Assembly: GCA_964596735.1 (NCBI GenBank) | Contig: CAZQVF010000002.1 | Coordinates: 18,321 to 82,320, forward strand | DNA: 64,000 nt | Direction of reading: 5' to 3' | Origin: an uncultured Gammaproteobacteria bacterium | Lineage (GTDB): Bacteria > Patescibacteriota > Patescibacteriia > UBA2591 > UBA6264 | In this document: one piece after another, positions 57,492 through 64,000 of the stretch | Numbering within the stretch: position 1 is the stretch's first letter | Layout of the letters: each line of letters opens with the position of its first letter | Notes under the pieces: generated by a model | Seen by the model: the letters and a program-made list of their open reading frames with translations, nothing else | Told to the model about the DNA's origin: nothing | Databases searched by the model: none | Made by a program: the position numbers and the translations under genes

Positions 57492-58184
57492 TTATTTAAT
57501 AGTTGTTCCTTGAAAATTTTTTCCTTTTAAACAGTTTTCCAAGTTTTTTAATTTTTTGCCGTTTAAAACAACCACTTTTAATTTAAGTTTATAGGCTAAC
57601 TTGCTAGCCGGCGGACCAAAAGGGGCTGAGGTTCTCGGTGACCACTTTGTGCCTACGATTTTTAAAAAGTCTTTCCAACTAACCTGTTTTAATGGTTTGG
57701 CATCAGCGTATTTGTCCGGGTCTTTGTCATAAACATTGTTAATATCGCTCATATTAATAATGGTTCCAGCTTTTAAATTTTTAGCCCATAAAACTGCGTC
57801 TTTATCAGAAGAACAACCTGGTTTCCAGCCAGAGGCAATAATTAATTTTTTGTTTGTTTTAATTTTTATATTTGGGTCAGCAATAACCTGATGATAAGCG
57901 TATTGAGAAAAAATCACTCTTATTAATTCTGCATTTACTTTGGTAACTGAAATGCCCAGCCAATCTAAATCTAAATCTTTTATCCGGGCTATTTTTTGTG
58001 CTCCCTTATTATATTGGCGGTTGACTCCTCCCCCGCCGGTGATGATAACAATCTTATAACCCTGTTTTAATAATTTAACAACTAATTTTTTAAAATTTTT
58101 AAGAAAATTAACGGCAATTCTTCCTTGAGGGACAATCAATGAACCCCCTAAAGAAAGGATGATTGTTTTTTGTTTTTTGCCCAT
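57492..58184 (-). CDS. pyrH: Amino-acid-kinase family protein, most like archaeal-type UMP kinase
   Basis: N-terminus IILSLGGSLI ... KIVIITGGGGVNRQY glycine-rich nucleotide-binding segments; 230 aa. Confidence 0.5.
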   Translation of the reverse strand: MGKKQKTIILSLGGSLIVPQGRIAVNFLKNFKKLVVKLLKQGYKIVIITGGGGVNRQYNKGAQKIARIKDLDLDWLGISVTKVNAELIRVIFSQYAYHQVIADPNIKIKTNKKLIIASGWKPGCSSDKDAVLWAKNLKAGTIINMSDINNVYDKDPDKYADAKPLKQVSWKDFLKIVGTKWSPRTSAPFGPPASKLAYKLKLKVVVLNGKKLKNLENCLKGKNFQGTTIK

Positions 58185-58194
58185 GCTATGTTAA

Positions 58195-59931
58195 TTACAT
58201 TTCATCTAAGACATCAATGCCTAATAAATGAAGACTGTTTTTAATTACCTCGGCTACGGCTTGAATTAGCTTTAAACGGCCATTTCTTAATTTGGGCTCG
58301 GCTTTTAAAACTCGGTGTTGGTGATAAAATTCATTAAATCTTTGACTCAATCTTAAAATATGATGAGCTAAATAAGAAGGATTATAATTATCAACTGATT
58401 TCTCAAGTATTTGAGGGAAAACAAATAATAGTTTAAATAATTCTGTTTCTTCTTTATTGCCTAAAACTGAATAATCAATTTTACTTGTTTTTTCCTTCTG
58501 ATCAAGTTTTCTTAAAATACTTTGGATTCTGGCATAAGTATATTGAATATATGGACCACTGTCTCCCTCAAAAGAAATTGAAGCCTGGGGATCAAAATTA
58601 ACCTGTTGGCTTGGAGTAAACTTAAGTAAATAAAATTTTAAAGCAGCTAAAGAAATTATTTCTGCTCTTTTGGAAACTTCAGTTGGACTAAGGCTGGGGT
58701 TGCGGTTTAAAGTCTCTGATTTGGCTAATTGTTCCATTTGATTAATTAAATCATCTGCATCAACTATCTCCCCTTCTCTAGATTTCATTTTTCCCTTGGG
58801 AAGAAAAACCAAACCATAAGAAAGATGATAAGAGTTTTTAACCCAATCAAAACCAAAAATCTCTAAAACCTTAAATAAGACTCTAAAATTATAATCTTGT
58901 TCTGAGCCAACCACATAAATATCTTTATTTGGCTCAAATTGATCATGTCTTAATTTGGCTAAACCAATATCCTGGGTAATATAGACACTGGTGCCGTTAG
59001 ATCTAAGTAAAACTTTTTTGTCTAAACCATATTCAGTTAAATCAATTTCAACAGCTTTGTCTTCTCTTTGATAACACAATTTCTTTTTTAAGGCTTTTTG
59101 AACTATTTTCTTTCCTGAATCATAAACATCGCTTTCAAAATACCAATGATCAAAATCAACATCAATTTTCTCATAAGTCTGTTTTAAACCTTCAAGAGCC
59201 CATTTGTTCATTTGTTGCCAAAGAGCCACAACTGTTGCATTCCCCTCTTCCCACTGCTTTAACATTTCTTGAGCTTCATTTAATAGTTCCGGATTTTCTT
59301 TGGCATTTTCTTCAAATAATACATAGTATTGGCCGACAAAATGATCCCCTTTTATTTTCTCTGATTCTGGTGTTTTTCCCTGTCCCCATTTTTGATAAGC
59401 CAACATTGATTTGCAAATATGAATCCCCCTATCATTAACTAAGTTAGCCTTGATTACTTTGGCTCCAGTAGTGGAAAATAGATTGGCCATGGCCCAACCT
59501 AGAAAACTATTTCTTAAATGACCTAAGTGTTGAGGTTTATTTGTGTTGGGAGAAGAATATTCAATTAAAATCTTTTTGCCTTTACCCGCTTTTGTCTGGC
59601 CAAACTTGTCTTTTTGTTTTAAAATCTGCTGACAGACTGTTTCAAACCAAATACTTTTTTCTAAAAAAATATTAAGATAAGGGCCTTTCGCTTCTATTTT
59701 ATCTACCAAATCAATTAAAGGAATTCTAGTGCCAAAGAGCCTAGCCAAATCACCAGCTGTTTGATCTGGTGATTGGTTTAAATGTTTGGCAATTTTAAAA
59801 CAAGAAAAACACAAATCCCCCATCTCAGGTTGAGGCGGGGGCTCAAATCTAAAAATAAAATCTTTGGGAAGGTCTGGCAAAGCCTTTTTTAATAAATCAA
59901 CAAGATTTTCTTTAATCTGATCAATGGTCAT
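58195..59931 (-). CDS. argS: Arginine--tRNA ligase
   Basis: Class I HIGH region SSPNTNKPQHLGHLRN, anticodon-binding DALR-type C-terminus, 578 aa. Confidence 0.88.
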   Translation of the reverse strand: MTIDQIKENLVDLLKKALPDLPKDFIFRFEPPPQPEMGDLCFSCFKIAKHLNQSPDQTAGDLARLFGTRIPLIDLVDKIEAKGPYLNIFLEKSIWFETVCQQILKQKDKFGQTKAGKGKKILIEYSSPNTNKPQHLGHLRNSFLGWAMANLFSTTGAKVIKANLVNDRGIHICKSMLAYQKWGQGKTPESEKIKGDHFVGQYYVLFEENAKENPELLNEAQEMLKQWEEGNATVVALWQQMNKWALEGLKQTYEKIDVDFDHWYFESDVYDSGKKIVQKALKKKLCYQREDKAVEIDLTEYGLDKKVLLRSNGTSVYITQDIGLAKLRHDQFEPNKDIYVVGSEQDYNFRVLFKVLEIFGFDWVKNSYHLSYGLVFLPKGKMKSREGEIVDADDLINQMEQLAKSETLNRNPSLSPTEVSKRAEIISLAALKFYLLKFTPSQQVNFDPQASISFEGDSGPYIQYTYARIQSILRKLDQKEKTSKIDYSVLGNKEETELFKLLFVFPQILEKSVDNYNPSYLAHHILRLSQRFNEFYHQHRVLKAEPKLRNGRLKLIQAVAEVIKNSLHLLGIDVLDEM

Positions 59932-59933
59932 TG

Positions 59934-60938
59934 TTAAATATTTTTACCAATGTATTCAGCCATGGCAATATATCGGCAGGCATAACCATACTCATTGTCA
60001 TACCAAGCGACTATTTTAATCAAGTCATCAGTAACTTGAGTTAATGATAAATCAACAACACCGGCATGAGGATTACCAATAAAGTCTGAAGAAACCAAAG
60101 GTTCCTCAGTAAAATCTAAAACATCTTTTAAATCTCCTTTGGCTAGTTCTTTAAACGTGTTATTAACTGTTTTAATCGTCGCTGGCTTTTCTTTTAAACA
60201 AACCAGGTCAATTAAAGATCCTACGGAGACAGGAACTCGAACAGCCATTCCCTCAAACTTTCCTTTTAATTCAGGAATTATGGTAGTGACTGATTTTATT
60301 GCTCCGGTGGTCGTTGGAATTATATTTCGCATTACTCCTCTGGCTCGGCGTAAATCTTTATGGGGTAAGTCAAGTAATTTCTGATCATTGGTAAAGGCGT
60401 GAACCGTAGTCATAAATCCCTGTTTGACCACATAAAAATCATGCAAGGTCTTGATTAATGGTAATAAACAATTAGTCGTGCAAGAGCCATTGGAAACAAT
60501 TAGATCTTTTTGAGGATTGAATTCTCCTTGATTAACTCCACCTATTAATGTTGGAATATTATCATCTTTAGGATTGGCAGAAAGCAAGACTCTTTTGGCT
60601 CCAGCTTTTAAATGTTTTTCAGCTAATTCCTTGGTAGTAAAATGACCGGTGCATTCTAAGACTAGATCTACATTTAATTTTTTCCAAGGTAAATTTGTCG
60701 GGTCTTTTTCTGCAAAAACAGGGACCTCCCTATTATTAACTACTAGATTATTTCCATTGCTACTGACTGAATATTTAAAGCTCCCATAAATCGAATCATG
60801 TTTTAAAAGATGAGCTAAGGCTTTAACTTCATTTAAATCATTAATTGCCACCACTTCTAATCCTGGAGAATCAAAAGCAAGGCGGAAACTTGGTCGACCA
60901 ATACGACCAAAGCCGTTAATGGCTATTTTAATAGACAT
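59934..60938 (-). CDS. gap: Glyceraldehyde-3-phosphate dehydrogenase
   Basis: NGFGRIGR Rossmann motif and the catalytic SNGSCTTNCL segment. Confidence 0.92.
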   Translation of the reverse strand: MSIKIAINGFGRIGRPSFRLAFDSPGLEVVAINDLNEVKALAHLLKHDSIYGSFKYSVSSNGNNLVVNNREVPVFAEKDPTNLPWKKLNVDLVLECTGHFTTKELAEKHLKAGAKRVLLSANPKDDNIPTLIGGVNQGEFNPQKDLIVSNGSCTTNCLLPLIKTLHDFYVVKQGFMTTVHAFTNDQKLLDLPHKDLRRARGVMRNIIPTTTGAIKSVTTIIPELKGKFEGMAVRVPVSVGSLIDLVCLKEKPATIKTVNNTFKELAKGDLKDVLDFTEEPLVSSDFIGNPHAGVVDLSLTQVTDDLIKIVAWYDNEYGYACRYIAMAEYIGKNI

Positions 60939-60962
60939 ATTTTCAAAAATTAAACAGCTTAA

Positions 60963-61598
60963 TTATTGTCTTAAAACTTCAACAATTTTTTGTCCAAACT
61001 CAGTCGCCGCTTCTGGACCATTGCCCGTAATTATTTTTCCATCAACAACAACTGGTTCTTCAACATGTTCTGCTCCTTCATTCTCTAAAAATTCAACAGG
61101 ACCTTGATCAATCGAACTTGACCATACCGTAGCTTTCTTTTCTTTTAAAACACCAGCTTTGGCTAAAATCTCTGGGGCAATACAAATAGCGGCCAAAACT
61201 TTATCTTTGTTAACTGCTTGTTGAACTAATTGATGAACTGATAAATTATCCACATATTCTAAAGCTCCTGGTCCGCCAATAAAAACCAAGGCGTCAAATT
61301 CTTCAAGAACAACCTCATCAACAATCATGTCAACTGTCACTTTTTGTCCTAGCTTACCCTGAGCCTCTCCTTTTAATGAGCTGGCAATAATAGTTTTAAT
61401 ACCAGCATCTTCTAAAACCTGTCTGGTCTCAGAATATTCAAAATCTTGAAATCCTTGAAAAGCAATAACCATAATTGCTTTTTTTTGTGTTGAAACTTCT
61501 AAAGACATTACTTCCTCTTGTTCTTTGCTGTTTTGACAACCAAGTAAAGTGATTGTCATTAAAGCCAGAATTAACAAACTAATGACTTTAAACTTCAT
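60963..61598 (-). CDS. DJ-1/PfpI family protein, lipoprotein
   Basis: Lipobox LLGC and the nucleophile-elbow Cys in AAICIAP. Confidence 0.8.
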   Translation of the reverse strand: MKFKVISLLILALMTITLLGCQNSKEQEEVMSLEVSTQKKAIMVIAFQGFQDFEYSETRQVLEDAGIKTIIASSLKGEAQGKLGQKVTVDMIVDEVVLEEFDALVFIGGPGALEYVDNLSVHQLVQQAVNKDKVLAAICIAPEILAKAGVLKEKKATVWSSSIDQGPVEFLENEGAEHVEEPVVVDGKIITGNGPEAATEFGQKIVEVLRQ

Positions 61599-61673
61599 AT
61601 GATTAACTATAATTAAAATACCTTAATTTCTATAGAATAAATATTTAATTTCAAGGTTCTACAAAGCAGGTTC

Positions 61674-62498
61674 TTATTTAATTTCGTCAATCGGAACCTC
61701 AATAATCATTTTTTGTTTTTCTTTTTCCTCCATTATTTCAACCAGCACTGTTTGTTTTAAAATGCGCCAATCAACTACTTTACCCTTTCCTTTTTTAGTC
61801 TTAACCTTTTCACCTAAGGCAGGTAGCTTTTCTTTTAAATCTTTATACATTTCATTTTCAAAAGCTAAACAACATTTAAGTCTTCCACAAATTCCAGATA
61901 AACGTTCTGGGCCGCGTTGAGAAAGCTGCTGATCAAACATCATTTCAGTGGTCACATGACCTAATTTTTTTAAAAAAGCTTGGCAACAAAGTGAGCGACC
62001 GCAGGGGCCAGCGTCTCCGGCTAAACCAGTTTCTTGACGAGCTCCTACTTGGTGCATCCTGATTGACTTATGGAACTCCTGAACTAGGTCTTTAACCAAA
62101 AGGCGAAAATCTATCCTGCTAGGAGCGGTAAAGGCAAAAATGATTTTACTTCCATCAAAACTAAAATGAGCATCGATAATTTTCATGGACAGCTTTCTTT
62201 TTTTGACTAACTGCTCACATTTTTTAAGAATTTCTTTTTTATGCTTATTTCTTTCCTTTAATTTTTCAAGATCATGAGTATTAGCTTTTCTAAGGATAAA
62301 ATTTTTCCGTTGTTGATCGTCTTCTTCTGATTTTTCTTCAATTTTAATAACCTTCCCTAAATCTGTCCCTAAGTCTGTTTTAATGATTAAATGATCATTA
62401 ACTTTAAATTGATTTTTTTCAACCAATTCTCCCCCTCGTACCTGCATTATAGAATAAGGGGCGTCCCAAAGAGCTAATTGAACAAAAACTATAACCAT
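61674..62498 (-). CDS. PSP1 C-terminal domain protein (RicT/YaaT-like)
   Basis: Cys motif GPCGRSLCC ... CGRLKCC. Confidence 0.75.
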   Translation of the reverse strand: MVIVFVQLALWDAPYSIMQVRGGELVEKNQFKVNDHLIIKTDLGTDLGKVIKIEEKSEEDDQQRKNFILRKANTHDLEKLKERNKHKKEILKKCEQLVKKRKLSMKIIDAHFSFDGSKIIFAFTAPSRIDFRLLVKDLVQEFHKSIRMHQVGARQETGLAGDAGPCGRSLCCQAFLKKLGHVTTEMMFDQQLSQRGPERLSGICGRLKCCLAFENEMYKDLKEKLPALGEKVKTKKGKGKVVDWRILKQTVLVEIMEEKEKQKMIIEVPIDEIK

Positions 62499-62501
62499 AA
62501 A

Positions 62502-63329
62502 TTAGATTGAGAAACGAATAAAACCTTTTACTTGAATGTTTTTACCAATCTTATCAATTTTTTGTTGGAGCAAATCTTGAATGGTCAATGAATCATCTTT
62601 AATAAAAGCTTGCAATAAAAGACAATTTTCTTTATAGAATTTTTGTATTTGTCCCTGTAATATTTTTTCCACAATCTGAGCTGGTTTGTTTTTATCAATA
62701 TTAGCTTGATAAATTTGTTTTTCCTTTTCAATCACTTCTTGAGGGACTTCTTTTTCAGAGATCCATCCAGGATTAAGGGCTGTAATTTGTAGGGCAATTT
62801 CATGAGCTAATTCATTTAATTCGTCTTTATGGGCCTTAATATCACCTTTAAAATCAAGTGAAACTAATACGCCAATTTTTCCCTCCATGTGCGAATAACC
62901 AGTAATAAGGTCTCCTTTTAAAACCTCGTAGTTACCTATTTCTATTCTTTCTCCAATAACTCCTCCCACATTATCTATCTCGTCTTTGAATTTTTTATTT
63001 AATTCTTCTAAATTTTGTGGTTTTTCTTTTTTAATAAGGTCTAGGGTGTCTTTAGAAAATTTTTGAAAGGGCTCGCTTCGAGCGGCAAAATCAGTTTCTG
63101 AATTAACGCTTACCATATATCCCTCTTGATTATCTTGAGTGATAAAGAATTTAATAATGCCCGCACTGGTTCTTCGACCATCTCTTTTGGCCGCTTTAGC
63201 AATGCCTTTTTTTCTTAATATCTCAACTGCTTTTTCTAAATCACCTTTAGATTCTTTAAGGGCTTTTTGACAATCAAGGATTCCGACCCCAGTTTTTTCA
63301 CGTAACTCTTTAACAATCTTGAACTCCAT
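62502..63329 (-). CDS. tsf: Elongation factor Ts
   Basis: N-terminal UBA-like motif LREKTGVGILDCQKAL and gene order rpsB-tsf. Confidence 0.9.
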   Translation of the reverse strand: MEFKIVKELREKTGVGILDCQKALKESKGDLEKAVEILRKKGIAKAAKRDGRRTSAGIIKFFITQDNQEGYMVSVNSETDFAARSEPFQKFSKDTLDLIKKEKPQNLEELNKKFKDEIDNVGGVIGERIEIGNYEVLKGDLITGYSHMEGKIGVLVSLDFKGDIKAHKDELNELAHEIALQITALNPGWISEKEVPQEVIEKEKQIYQANIDKNKPAQIVEKILQGQIQKFYKENCLLLQAFIKDDSLTIQDLLQQKIDKIGKNIQVKGFIRFSI

Positions 63330-63338
63330 ATTCGTCTA

Positions 63339-64000
63339 TTATTTCTTGCTCTTTTTTAATGCTTTCTTTGGCCCCTCTTTAGCCGGTTGTTTTTTACCTG
63401 CTTTAATAGCCTCAACTACCAACCCAGTAACTAATTCAATTGATTTAATTGCATCATCATTGCCAGGAATTGGCCAATCAACTAATTCAGGATTGGAATT
63501 TGTATCAACCAAAGCGATTACTGGTATTTTTGACCGCCTGGCTTCCCGAATAGCTGTTTTTTCTTTTTGTAAATCAATTACATAAATGGCGTCTGGCTTC
63601 TTATTCATCTCTCTCATTCCTCCTACCATTTTTTCTAAACGGGTTAATTTTTTCTCTTGTTCTAGTTGTTCTTTTTTAGAATATTTTTTCCATTCTCCCT
63701 GCTTTTTCTCTTCTGTCATTTTATTTAATTTTTTCATTAATTCAGAAATAGTAGAAAAATTGGTTAAGGTTCCACCTAACCAATGTTCAATAACAAACGG
63801 CCCTCCTATTTCTTGAGCTGATTTTTGAATTATATCTTTGGCGGCTGGTTTAGTTCCTACGAATAAAACAACTCCTCCCTGACTAGCCAGCTCTGTAAGA
63901 AAATTAAGGGCTGGTTGAAGTTTTTCTACTGTTTTGTCTAAATCAATGATATTAATATTATTTTTCACCCCATAAATATATGGTTCCATTTTAGGTGAAC
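63339..64000 (-). CDS. rpsB: 30S ribosomal protein S2, 5'-partial. The N-terminus lies beyond the window end and the Met in the ORF track is internal
   Basis: S2 core segments (INIIDLDKT, FVGTKPAA, WLGGTLTNF) and a C-terminal lysine-rich tail. Confidence 0.85.
   Translation of the reverse strand, partial: SPKMEPYIYGVKNNINIIDLDKTVEKLQPALNFLTELASQGGVVLFVGTKPAAKDIIQKSAQEIGGPFVIEHWLGGTLTNFSTISELMKKLNKMTEEKKQGEWKKYSKKEQLEQEKKLTRLEKMVGGMREMNKKPDAIYVIDLQKEKTAIREARRSKIPVIALVDTNSNPELVDWPIPGNDDAIKSIELVTGLVVEAIKAGKKQPAKEGPKKALKKSKK

Noticed and set aside
57492-58184. Alternative call of isopentenyl phosphate kinase or another amino-acid-kinase family member instead of UMP kinase
   Set aside because: Cannot be discriminated by eye. 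Reported as UMP-kinase-like with moderate confidence.
1-64000. CRISPR arrays, tRNA or rRNA genes, transposases, integrases, prophage blocks
   Set aside because: No regularly spaced direct repeats, no tRNA T-arm/acceptor patterns and no recombinase motifs were recognised in either strand. The only direct repeat of note is the intragenic SH3b duplication.

Overview
AT-rich window, about 33-36% GC by eye, with dense short genes and an archaeal-type form II/III RuBisCO, which points to a reduced genome of the Candidate Phyla Radiation / Patescibacteria kind. Most of the window is housekeeping: rarA, ppdK, truB, polX, ddl-ftsQ, gltX, clpB, fmt, thyX, RNase J, rplJ-rplL, argS, gap, tsf and a partial rpsB. 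Six things stand out. (1) A large type IV pilus locus at 9.6-22.6 kb. Three stand-alone CheY-like receivers and a sensor kinase with a large extracellular domain sit directly upstream of pilB-pilC. These are followed by four prepilin-like genes, one a 940-aa giant with about 14 LVIVD-type beta-propeller repeats. Then come a PilM-PilN-tandem-SH3b fusion with a recent 105-bp internal duplication and a Cys-containing major pilin with a strong terminator. (2) A GC-elevated noncoding island at 23.3-23.85 kb that appears to encode two convergent, unidentified ~230-nt ncRNAs, each with a near-consensus sigma70 promoter and an intrinsic terminator. (3) rbcL (form II/III RuBisCO) and a ribose-1,5-bisphosphate isomerase with a cytidylyltransferase-like gene wedged between them. 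(4) A GC-richer two-gene island at 46.06-47.74 kb: a receiver-domain protein with an unknown Cys-containing output domain and a Cys-rich 165-aa protein. (5) An AT-rich orphan pair at 35.4-36.4 kb with an Rx4H (HEPN-like) motif. (6) A DUF1113-like membrane protein gene split by a frameshift inside a poly-T tract. No CRISPR array, tRNA, rRNA, transposase or integrase was recognised.
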